From Vulcanimicrobiaceae bacterium (GTDB lineage: Bacteria > Methylomirabilota > Methylomirabilia > Methylomirabilales > 2-02-FULL-66-22), in contig DATJQT010000175.1 of NCBI GenBank assembly GCA_035505475.1, positions 1-53,333 of the forward strand: a DNA stretch of 53,333 nt, in the 5' to 3' direction. The translations under genes were made by a program, and so were the position numbers. The notes beneath the pieces are model-generated. The model saw only the letters and a list, made by a program, of their open reading frames with translations. It was not told where the DNA came from and did not search any database. This document shows positions 46,119 to 53,333 of the stretch, piece after piece (the first letter of the stretch is position 1; every line of letters starts with the position of its first letter).

Positions 46119-46216
46119 CGCGCTGGGCGCGGTCATCCGATGGGCCGCTGCAGTGTGTGTCACCATCTTCTACCTCACGCGTGCCATCGTGCAAGGTCTC
46201 TTGCCTGGATCCCCCC

Positions 46217-47623
46217 TCAAGCTGCTTTCGCCACGTACGGATGCACCATCTTGCGGGGGTCGACAATGCGATCGAACTCCGCCTCGGTGACAAATCCCAA
46301 CTGCAAAGCCGCTGCCTTCAGCGTCAGATCGTGATTCATGGCGTGGTGGGCGATCTTTGACGCCTTGTCATAGCCGATCACCGGCGAGAGGGCCGTCACC
46401 AGCATGAGCGACCGCTCGACGTATTCGTTGATCTTCTTCAGATTGGGCTTGGTGCCCTCCACCAAGAACTTGCAAAAGTTGGTGCAGCCATCGGTCAGGA
46501 TCGTGAGGGAATGGGTGATGTTGAAGATCATCAGCGGTTTGTAGACGTTCATCTCGAGATAGCCGCTCGCCCCGCCAAACCCGACGGCGACGTCGTTTGC
46601 CATGACCTGCGCGGCGATCATGGTGAGGGCCTCACACTGAGTCGGATTCACCTTGCCGGGCATGATCGACGAGCCCGGCTCATTTTCCGGGATCACGAGC
46701 TCGGCAAAGCCGGCGCGCGGGCCACACGACATCAGCCGCACGTCGTTCGCGATCTTGAAGAGGGACACGGCGAGGGTCCGCAGGGTCCCAGACAGCTGCA
46801 CCAGCGCGTCGTGCGCCCCCTGGACGGTGAACTTGTTGGGGGCGGTCGTGAAGGGCAGGCCGGTCAGCCGGGCGATCTCGGCCGCCGCCGCCTCGGCAAA
46901 CCCGGGCGCCGAGTTGATGCCCGTGCCCACGGCGGTCCCGCCCAGCGCCAGGCGGTACACCCCCGGCAGGGCGCCCTCGATGCGCTCGACATCATCCGCC
47001 AGCATGCCCGCATAGCCCGACCACTCCTGCCCCAACGTCAGGGGGGTGGCGTCCTGCATGTGGGTGCGACCGATCTTGATGACATCCTGCCACGCCTCCG
47101 CTTTCGCCGCGATCGCCGCCTGCAACGCCGTCACCGTCGGCAGCAGGCGTTGCTTCGCATTGACCGCCGCCGCGATATACATGGCCGACGGAAAGGTATC
47201 GTTCGACGACTGCGCCATGTTGACGTGATCGTTCGGGTGCACCGGCGTCTTGCTCCCGAGGGGCGTGCCCGCGAGCTGGCAGCAGCGGTTGGAGATCACC
47301 TCGTTTACGTTCATGTTGAACTGCGTCCCGCTCCCCGTCATCCAGACGTGCAGCGGGAACATGTCGTGGTGCTGGCCGCCGAGGATTTCGTCGCACGTCT
47401 GCACGATCAGCTTGTAGCGCTCGTCGTCGAGCCGCTGGCTGGTATAGTTCGCGCTGGCCGCGCCCTTCTTCAAGGTGGCATAGGCGGTGATCATCTCCCG
47501 CGGAATCAGGTCCTGGCCGATGCTGAAATGCTCGATCGACCGCTGTGTCTGCGCGCCCCACAGCTTGTCCGCGGGGACTTCCACCACCCCGAGGCTATCG
47601 GTTTCCTGTCGCGTGTTGCTCAT
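46217..47623 (-). CDS. fumC: Fumarate hydratase, class II
   Basis: [37 protein letters not shown] signature. RBS GAGGAGA. Confidence 0.95.
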   Translation of the reverse strand: MSNTRQETDSLGVVEVPADKLWGAQTQRSIEHFSIGQDLIPREMITAYATLKKGAASANYTSQRLDDERYKLIVQTCDEILGGQHHDMFPLHVWMTGSGTQFNMNVNEVISNRCCQLAGTPLGSKTPVHPNDHVNMAQSSNDTFPSAMYIAAAVNAKQRLLPTVTALQAAIAAKAEAWQDVIKIGRTHMQDATPLTLGQEWSGYAGMLADDVERIEGALPGVYRLALGGTAVGTGINSAPGFAEAAAAEIARLTGLPFTTAPNKFTVQGAHDALVQLSGTLRTLAVSLFKIANDVRLMSCGPRAGFAELVIPENEPGSSIMPGKVNPTQCEALTMIAAQVMANDVAVGFGGASGYLEMNVYKPLMIFNITHSLTILTDGCTNFCKFLVEGTKPNLKKINEYVERSLMLVTALSPVIGYDKASKIAHHAMNHDLTLKAAALQLGFVTEAEFDRIVDPRKMVHPYVAKAA

Positions 47624-47893
47624 GGGATCTCTCCTCGGTCACGTGACCATGCGGGTCGAGGCGGGGCGTGAGTTCCTTGACCAACCTTACGAGTACGGCC
47701 AGGTCAATGGCCAAGACGTTGCCGTCGGCAAGGGGCACGTCCGGTCTGCAGCTCCTGACGTTGTCGATCCGCTCCAAGCGCCTGCAGGTGTTCCCTTGTG
47801 GCCCGCGTGGTGTCAGACGGGGAATCCACACGCAGTGGAGTCATACCGGTCCTCTACTGGTTCTCCACGTTAGGTAGCGTTCGGTACTCCTGG

Positions 47894-48021
47894 TCACCGC
47901 TTGTCGCGCTTACCCGGTGTCGGCGCGCCGTTGTGGTCGGCGCGCACCACGGGAACATCGACCAGGTGCTCCCCGAGGAACCAGGTCTGCAATTCGTTGG
48001 TGCGGAGGACTTGGCTAACTA
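47894..48021 (-). pseudogene. dps: 3' part of a dps gene split by the IS element
   Basis: With the IS and one TA copy removed, the minus frame continues in phase: ...NDLL|VSQVLRTNELQTWFLGEHLVDVPVVRADHNGAPTPGKRDKR* (stop 47894-47896). Confidence 0.8.
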
Positions 48022-49163
48022 GTGTCTAATTGCATAAATAATAGACATATGCCATATTCTTGGGCATCAACGAAAGGAGGCCCGGATGCCCAGGAGACCC
48101 CCGATCCCGCGGTGCTCTGAGCAGGATCGTCACACGATCGAGGAGTGGGCGGCCAGTCGGACGCTGGAGGCGCGCTTGGTGGAACGGGCGCAGATCGTAA
48201 AGCGGGCCTTGGCCGGGGAAGGCGTCACCCCGATCGCCCGGGCGTTGGGGATTCGTCCGAACACGGTGATCGCCTGGCGCGACCGCTTCGATGCGCACGG
48301 ACTCCCGGGACTCCGCGACCAGCCGCGATCTGGCAAACCGCCCACCTACGGGGCCGCGTTTCGCGCCCGGGTCCTGCAGGCCCTGGAGCTGCCGCCGCCC
48401 CGCGGGCAGGCGCGCTGGGACGGCCCCGCGCTGGCCCAGCACTTGGCCGCCTCCGTCGATGCGGTCTGGCGAGTGCTCCGGAAGGAGGGGATCTGTCTCG
48501 CCCGGCGGCGGAGCTGGTGCGTGAGCACCGATCCGGAGTTTGCGGCGAAGGCCGCCGACATCGTGGGGCTCTACCTCAACCCGCCGGAGAATGCCGTGGT
48601 CCTCTCGATCGATGAGAAGCCGAGTATCCAGGCCTTGGAGCGGGCAACGGGCTATGTGTGCGCGAGCGACGGCAAGCTCGTCCGCGGGCTCAAGAGCACG
48701 GCCAAACGGCATGGGACGCTGACCCTCTGTGCGGCGCTGGAGGTGGCGACCGGGGCCATTCATACCCAGACCACCACGCGCAAGCGCCGCGTCGAATTCC
48801 TGGCCTTCATGGACCAACTGGTCGCAGACCTCCCGGTGCGCCCGGGCCGCGAGCTGCACGTGATCCTCGACAACTACTGCATCCATAAGCGCAACGCGGA
48901 GTGGTTGGCCGCCCATCCCGCCGTGACCTTCCACTTCACTCCGACGTCCGCCAGTTGGCTGAATCAAGTCGAGATCTGGTTCGGCATTCTCTCCCGCAAG
49001 GCCTTGAAGGATGGCAGCTTCCGCAGCGTCCAGCAGCTGCGCGAGGCCATTGAGGCGTTCATCGCCGCCTATGGTCCCACGGCCAAGCCGTTCAGGTGGC
49101 GCAAGCGGGAGGTCAAGGGTTCCCAATTGAGAAATACTATCTATAACTTACGCAATTAAACAC
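48022..49163 (+). mobile_element. IS630-family insertion sequence (1142 bp) with TA target-site duplication
   Basis: Imperfect terminal IRs of about 27 bp: GTGTCTAATTGCATAAATAATAGACAT versus the reverse complement of the right end, GTGTTTAATTGCGTAAGTTATAGATAG. Flanking TA at 48020-21 and 49164-65. A single DDE transposase ORF. Confidence 0.9.
48086..49159 (+). CDS. IS630-family transposase
   Basis: 357 aa. N-terminal HTH (GVTPIARALGIRPNTVIAWRDRF), then SIDEKPSIQALER...ILDNYCIHK...SWLNQVEIWF, typical of IS630/Tc1-mariner DDE. RBS AAAGGAGG. Confidence 0.92.
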   Translation: MPRRPPIPRCSEQDRHTIEEWAASRTLEARLVERAQIVKRALAGEGVTPIARALGIRPNTVIAWRDRFDAHGLPGLRDQPRSGKPPTYGAAFRARVLQALELPPPRGQARWDGPALAQHLAASVDAVWRVLRKEGICLARRRSWCVSTDPEFAAKAADIVGLYLNPPENAVVLSIDEKPSIQALERATGYVCASDGKLVRGLKSTAKRHGTLTLCAALEVATGAIHTQTTTRKRRVEFLAFMDQLVADLPVRPGRELHVILDNYCIHKRNAEWLAAHPAVTFHFTPTSASWLNQVEIWFGILSRKALKDGSFRSVQQLREAIEAFIAAYGPTAKPFRWRKREVKGSQLRNTIYNLRN

Positions 49164-49691
49164 TAGGAGGTCATTGGTCCCGTCATCGCCGGCCTCCGCG
49201 GCCTACCGGGCCATGGTGCGTACTTCCTGGAGGATCAGTTCGTGGGCCGCGAGCAGGCGGGAGAGTTGCACGGCCACCTCCTCTCGGCCCCGCGGCGGCC
49301 GGGGGATGCGCGTGGTCTCGGCCACGTCGGCCGCCATCGCCAGGCTGACCCCCCCGAGGAGCTGGATACGCTCGGCGATGGCATCGACCAGCTCCGCTTG
49401 CTCCCCGTAGTGCTTGTCGAAGAGTAGGTGGAGTTGGTAGAAGGTGGGGCCGGCCACCTGCCAGTGGTGCTTCTTGTAGAGATCGCGCAGCGTCATCGTA
49501 TCGGCCAGCAGCTGATTGAGATTGGCGACACTCCCCTGGCAGACCTTCTCGTCGAGCGCGATCGGCAGGCGGGCAATCCGGCCAAACGGCTGGATTTCTT
49601 GGCCGCGCTGGTGAAGCACCGGGCGAGCGCGCTCCGTCCCGGCGGCGAGGTCGCTGTAGCTCGGGCCATGCTTCTCTTTATAGGGGCTCAC
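49164..49691 (-). pseudogene. dps: 5' part of dps (Dps/ferritin-like), carrying an in-frame TAG before the IS junction
   Basis: LRDLYKKHHWQVAGPTFYQLHLLFDKHYGEQAELVDAIAERIQLLGG is a Dps signature. The frame reads ...EVRTMAR-TAG(49203-49205)-AAEAGDDGTNDLL and then meets the IS. Confidence 0.85.
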
Positions 49692-49783
49692 GATCTCTCC
49701 TTTCGGTGCCGTGTGAGAGCAACCCGGGAGAACACCCGGATGGCAGCCTCAAGCCTGTCAACCGTATCCTCAGTTCCGAGCGG

Positions 49784-49882
49784 GTCCTTCCAGAACTGCG
49801 AGCGGTCCGCAAGGACAGATGCGCAGATCTGATCGAACACTCCGATCGCGTCCCCCCGGGATGCGTTTCCGTTTTCAGGATG
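49784..49882 (-). pseudogene. Possible internal fragment of an alpha/beta-hydrolase (haloperoxidase/esterase-like)
   Basis: HPENGNASRGDAIGVFDQICASVLADRSQFWKD resembles the cap-region block HPEG...FD.I....DR.QF.KD. No nucleophile or His blocks are nearby. Confidence 0.3.
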
Positions 49883-49994
49883 AGCGGCGTGCCGTGGCGG
49901 GCGATGTAGCGGGCCCACGTCCGCCAGCGTCTCGATGACCCTCGTGTCTTGCGCCATCATTTCCTCTTCCAAGGACGTCGATGCGCCTTCTACC

Positions 49995-51746
49995 TCAGGG
50001 GACCAACGCCGGGTGCGGGATGTTGCGCAGGTTGGCGCGCGCCATGTCCAGCATCCGCCCCACCCCGCCGCTCAGCATCACCTTGCTGGCCGCGAGGGCA
50101 AAGCCCCTGATCTCCCCGGCGGTGATGTGCGGCGGGATCGAGAGCGCGTTGGGATCGGTGACCAGGTCGACCAGGGCCGGGCCCGGATGCTGCAACGCCT
50201 CAGTGAAGCCTGCCCTGATGTCCGTCGGCTGCTCGATCCGGACCGCGTGCAGACCGGCGGCCTGGGCGATGGCCGCGTAGTTTACGGGGGCGTGGTCGGT
50301 TTCGAAGTCCGGGATCCCGTCCACGAGCATCTCCAACTTCACCATGCCCAGGGACGAGTTGTTGAAGGTGATGATCTTCATCGGGAGGCGGTGGAGCGCA
50401 ACGGTGAGGAGTTCCCCGAGCAACATCCCGAGGCCGCCGTCGCCGGACAGGGAGATCACCTGCCGGCCCGGGTAGGCGCACTGGGCGCCGATCGCGTGCG
50501 GGAGGGCATTGGCCATCGTGCCGTGCAGGAACGAGCCGATCACCCGGCGCCGGCCGTTCGGGGTGAGGTAGCGCGCCGCCCAGACGTTGCACATGCCCGT
50601 ATCGACGGTAAAGACCGCATCATCGGCCGCCAGCTCGTCGAGGAGGCGCGCCGCGTACTCGGGGTGGATCGGGAGATGCGCCTCGATATTTTGGGTGTAG
50701 GCGTCCACCACCTGCTCGAGCGCCCGCGCGTGCTCGCGGAGCATGTGGTCGAGAAACGAGCGATCCGGCTTCTGCTCGACCAGGGGCAGCACGGCCCGAA
50801 GCGTGGCGGCGACGTCGCCGTGCACGGCGAGATCGAGGGGAGTGCGCCTTCCCAGATGAGAGAGGTTGTGATCGACCTGCACGGTGTTCCGTTGGGGAAG
50901 GAAGGCGTCGTAGGGGAAATCGGTGCCGAGCAGGAGCAGCAGGTCGGCCTGGTGCGTGGCGTCGTAGCAGGCGCCATAGCCGAGGAGCCCGCTCATGCCG
51001 ACATCATAGGGATTGTTGTACTGGATCCACTCCTTGCCGCGGAGCGAATGGCCGACCGGGCTGTAGAGCTTCCCGGCGAGGGCCATCACCACATCGTGGG
51101 CGCCCTGCACGCCCGCGCCGCAGAAGAGGGTCACCGTCCGGGCGGCGTTGAGCCGTTCTGCAAGCGCCTGCACCTTTTCGGGGGCGGGGACCACCGTCCC
51201 GCGCTCGATCACCAGGCCGTTCTCGCCGGTGGGATGGATTGCCGCGCGGTGGAGGACGTCGCCGGGCAGGACGAGCACGGCCACGCCACCCTTTCCCACC
51301 GCGTGCTGGAGGGCGATACGGGCGAGCCGGGGCATCTGGGACGCCTGGCTCACCAGCTCGCAGTAGTGGCTGCACTCGACAAACAGCCGCTCGGGATGGG
51401 TCTCCTGGAAGAACCCCGTGCCGATCTGCGTTGTCGGGATGTGGGAGGCCAGGGCGAGCACCGGCACGCCGCTGCGCTGCGCATCGTAGAGGCCCTGGAT
51501 CAGGTGCGTGTTCCCGGGACCGCAGCTGCCCGCGCAGACCGCGAGCCGACCGGTGATCTGGGCCTCGGCCGCCGCGGCAAAGGCGCCCGCCTCCTCGTTG
51601 CGGACGTGGACCCATTCGATCCCATCGGTCCGCCGGATGGCATCGACGACCGGGTTGAGGCTGTCGCCGACCACGCCGTAGACGTGCGTCACGCCGGCCT
51701 GAAGGAGGATCTGGATCAACTGCTCAGCCAACGTTGGATTGCTCAT
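49995..51746 (-). CDS. poxB: Pyruvate dehydrogenase (quinone) / pyruvate oxidase, TPP- and FAD-dependent
   Basis: Closely parallels E. coli PoxB blocks: GDSLNPVVDAI, EWVHVRNEEAGAFAAAAEAQITGRLAVCAGSCGPGNTHLIQGLYDA, and FQETHPERLFVECSHYCELV. Confidence 0.9.
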   Translation of the reverse strand: MSNPTLAEQLIQILLQAGVTHVYGVVGDSLNPVVDAIRRTDGIEWVHVRNEEAGAFAAAAEAQITGRLAVCAGSCGPGNTHLIQGLYDAQRSGVPVLALASHIPTTQIGTGFFQETHPERLFVECSHYCELVSQASQMPRLARIALQHAVGKGGVAVLVLPGDVLHRAAIHPTGENGLVIERGTVVPAPEKVQALAERLNAARTVTLFCGAGVQGAHDVVMALAGKLYSPVGHSLRGKEWIQYNNPYDVGMSGLLGYGACYDATHQADLLLLLGTDFPYDAFLPQRNTVQVDHNLSHLGRRTPLDLAVHGDVAATLRAVLPLVEQKPDRSFLDHMLREHARALEQVVDAYTQNIEAHLPIHPEYAARLLDELAADDAVFTVDTGMCNVWAARYLTPNGRRRVIGSFLHGTMANALPHAIGAQCAYPGRQVISLSGDGGLGMLLGELLTVALHRLPMKIITFNNSSLGMVKLEMLVDGIPDFETDHAPVNYAAIAQAAGLHAVRIEQPTDIRAGFTEALQHPGPALVDLVTDPNALSIPPHITAGEIRGFALAASKVMLSGGVGRMLDMARANLRNIPHPALVP

Positions 51747-51966
51747 CTCAATCCTTTCGGAAGGTCCATCGGACCACTAGGGTTCACGGCATCCCTCGCC
51801 GGTCTCAACGGGTGATGGTCGTATAAGGGCCATGGCATGCGGCGTTTGGAGGGCCTGCGCCGTTTCGAACGGGCAAGGCACGAGTCCCCCGCCCCCACAC
51901 CTATTCGAAGCCATGGCCCGAGGTCGTTCACCTGCGAGGCAATGAGCGGATTCGTCAGGCTCCGAA

Positions 51967-52449
51967 TTAATGCGCACACCCACTGTCAGAACCCTTGGCG
52001 AGCGCCGTTACAGCAGCCGGGGGTTCGTAGACGAGTAGCGGTCGGTCGCTGTTCCGTCGAAGCTGCTCCGCCAGGCTGCTGTGCCACCAAGACCCGATGC
52101 CAGTTCGGTGTAGGTCCAAGATCACCACCAGGTCCGCTGGCCATGCGGCCGCCTCCTCCAGGATCTGCTCTGCCGCCTCTCCGAAGCGGACCACACGCTC
52201 CGTGGCAACGCCGCGGAATCCTTTCGCCACCCGGTCCAGATAGTTCTCACTCTGAGTGGTGAGACCAGCGACGCGCTGATCGGCGTACGCCATGACGCAG
52301 CCGTCCACTGCCTGGACGGTTTCAGGCCAGGGCGTCACGTGGAGGAATCGTACTGTCGCGCCGGCACCGCGTGCCAGATGCTCGACAATCGGCAGCACGT
52401 GTTCACTTTCGGCCGTGCCATCCAGCGGCACCAAGATCCGTTTGAGCAT
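51967..52449 (-). CDS. Universal stress protein (UspA family)
   Basis: MLKRILVPLDGTAESEHVLPIVEHLA.... The C-terminal ATP-binding G-x2-G-x9-G(S/T) region looks degenerate (HRTGIGSWWHSSLAEQLL). Confidence 0.8.
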   Translation of the reverse strand: MLKRILVPLDGTAESEHVLPIVEHLARGAGATVRFLHVTPWPETVQAVDGCVMAYADQRVAGLTTQSENYLDRVAKGFRGVATERVVRFGEAAEQILEEAAAWPADLVVILDLHRTGIGSWWHSSLAEQLRRNSDRPLLVYEPPAAVTALAKGSDSGCAH

Positions 52450-52851
52450 GATCGCCCTTCGCCCGTGTCACATAGCCGTCGACCGCCTTCGCTCACCGGG
52501 CCATCAGCAGCGCCACGCCAAACCCAGCAGGGCTGCCAGGACCGAATCATCCAATCGCCGTGCCAAGCGGTGAAACATGCGCCACCGTTTCGGAAACAGT
52601 TGACTGGAAAGACTCACGCGCGAAAGAAAGAAGGCTCAATCGAACCACCGTTCTCACCAGCGGTGCTAAGGCGCTGGCAGTCTGGTAGCCAGCTAGCACC
52701 ACGATGGAGGCCCACTCGCGGTAGAGTTTCTCAGATCGTCGAGCCGGTTCGCTGCGGGGCCCGGCCGTTGGCGACGGCGACGCGGCGGGGTTTGTCGAAC
52801 ATGGTGGGGAACAGCACCGTCTGGACACTCTGTTCGGCCACTCACGTTCCT

Positions 52852-52885
52852 CCTCTGTGATCAGAAGCGGGTGGGATCACAGAGG
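52852..52885. other. 11-bp perfect inverted repeat (hairpin) in an apparently non-coding stretch
   Basis: CCTCTGTGATC-agaagcgggtgg-GATCACAGAGG. Confidence 0.5.
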
Positions 52886-52937
52886 GTTACGACGCTATCA
52901 CCAGCTGTGTTTCGCATGTTCGTGAATTTTCCGGGTT

Positions 52938-52968
52938 AATAACTTGCGAGCGCCAAGCAATATTGGAA
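52938..52968 (-). promoter_or_regulatory. Enhancer-like motif, degenerate copy E (no convincing -24/-12 partner found)
   Basis: Minus strand: TTCCAATATTGCTTG-GCGCTCG-CAAGTTATT. Matches copy C at TTCCAA-ATT and GCGCTCGCAA. Confidence 0.35.
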
Positions 52969-53011
52969 GACCGCGACAGCGGGAGGATCCTTCGATAACA
53001 CAAATGTTTTG

Positions 53012-53333
53012 CTATGAGATGTCATTCGACCCGGAGAAACAACGCCAGTTGTCGGGAACGCTGCGAGGCCTGCCGCGATCATCGATGGCAACATACCGAA
53101 AGATGCCCTCGGTCACCAAATGGCGCTCGGCTCTGAATTCGCCAGAGAGTGGTTTGGCCCAGACTTCGATACTTATATCCATCGATGAATTGCCTATCTG
53201 CAGCAGCGTCCCATGAATGCTCACGGTTTCACCCGCGCGCACCGGCAATTTGAACACCATTTTCTCCACGGCCACGGTGACCGTGCGGCCGCCAGCAATT
53301 TCGTCTGCCATCATCCCCCCGGCTATGTCCATC
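53012..53333 (-). CDS. Acyl-CoA thioesterase, hotdog fold (YciA-like); N-terminus beyond the right edge
   Basis: MDIAGGMMADEIAGGRTVTVAVEKMVFKLPVRAGETV...SMDISIEVWA...VTEGIFRYVAIDDRGRPRSVP parallels E. coli YciA from about residue 38. Confidence 0.8.
   Translation of the reverse strand, partial: MDIAGGMMADEIAGGRTVTVAVEKMVFKLPVRAGETVSIHGTLLQIGNSSMDISIEVWAKPLSGEFRAERHLVTEGIFRYVAIDDRGRPRSVPDNWRCFSGSNDIS

Noticed and set aside
49203-49205. In-frame TAG in dps (and TGA at 25377 in the micro-ORF) as possible recoding (pyrrolysine or selenocysteine).
   Set aside because: There is no SECIS-like or PYLIS-like context, and no related machinery in the window. The dps gene is also split by an IS. A simple nonsense mutation is far more parsimonious.
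52547-52828. 93-aa minus-strand ORF, and overlapping ORFs 52339..52860 (+) and 52335..52550 (-).
   Set aside because: No RBS, low-complexity Ser/Pro/Ala stretches, mutually overlapping frames, and nothing recognisable. Treated as non-coding or decayed.
1-53333. Scan for tRNA, rRNA, tmRNA, RNase P, SRP RNA and CRISPR repeats.
   Set aside because: None of the following was seen by eye: T-loop GGTTCGAATCC-type signatures in intergenic DNA, conserved RNase P or SRP blocks, or regularly spaced direct repeats. A covariance-model scan would be needed to exclude small RNAs.

Overview
High-GC (roughly 64-65 % by eye) bacterial chromosomal window, transcribed mostly from the minus strand. No rRNA, tRNA or CRISPR array was seen. 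All calls rest on motifs I recognise in the translations; no searches were run.

- (1) 1-10.2 kb: a co-directional glycogen-mobilisation and upper-glycolysis block, glgP-pgm-malQ / tal-ROK kinase-pgi-class I fba.
- (2) 12.7-20.1 kb: a tightly coupled membrane-bound uptake [NiFe]-hydrogenase operon of Hyb type (small subunit-HybA-HybB-large subunit-protease). It is preceded by a heptahaem cytochrome c and a b-type cytochrome.
- (3) 20.7-24.3 kb: an incomplete and partly degenerate hyp maturation cluster, hypA-(desulfurase C-terminal fragment)-hypC'-hypC-hypD-hypE. No hypB or hypF is present.
- (4) 25.3-35.9 kb: the most interesting part. Five copies of a conserved bipartite motif occur in the window, and four of them sit 110-134 nt upstream of sigma-54 type (GG-N10-GC) promoters. 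These promoters drive small unannotated ORFs, a secreted Gly-rich protein and a FetAB-like ABC + RND efflux operon. A fifth, weaker -24/-12 element lies upstream of a Zn-ribbon protein and a membrane-anchored S1 protease.
- (5) 35.9-53.3 kb: FUSC, YoaK, a YidE/YbjL transporter, malic enzyme, lutABC, fumC, a dps gene split by an IS630-family element, poxB, usp and a partial thioesterase.

The window is littered with gene remnants: ribB, usp, class-V aminotransferase, YidE C-terminus, a fumC/FUSC chimera and an alpha/beta-hydrolase. It also has one apparent frameshift in the RND pump and one in-frame stop in dps, which points to repeated rearrangement and decay. Many long ORFs in the track are antisense shadow ORFs or spurious N-terminal extensions typical of high-GC DNA. 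I trimmed starts using homology, RBS position and ATGA overlaps.
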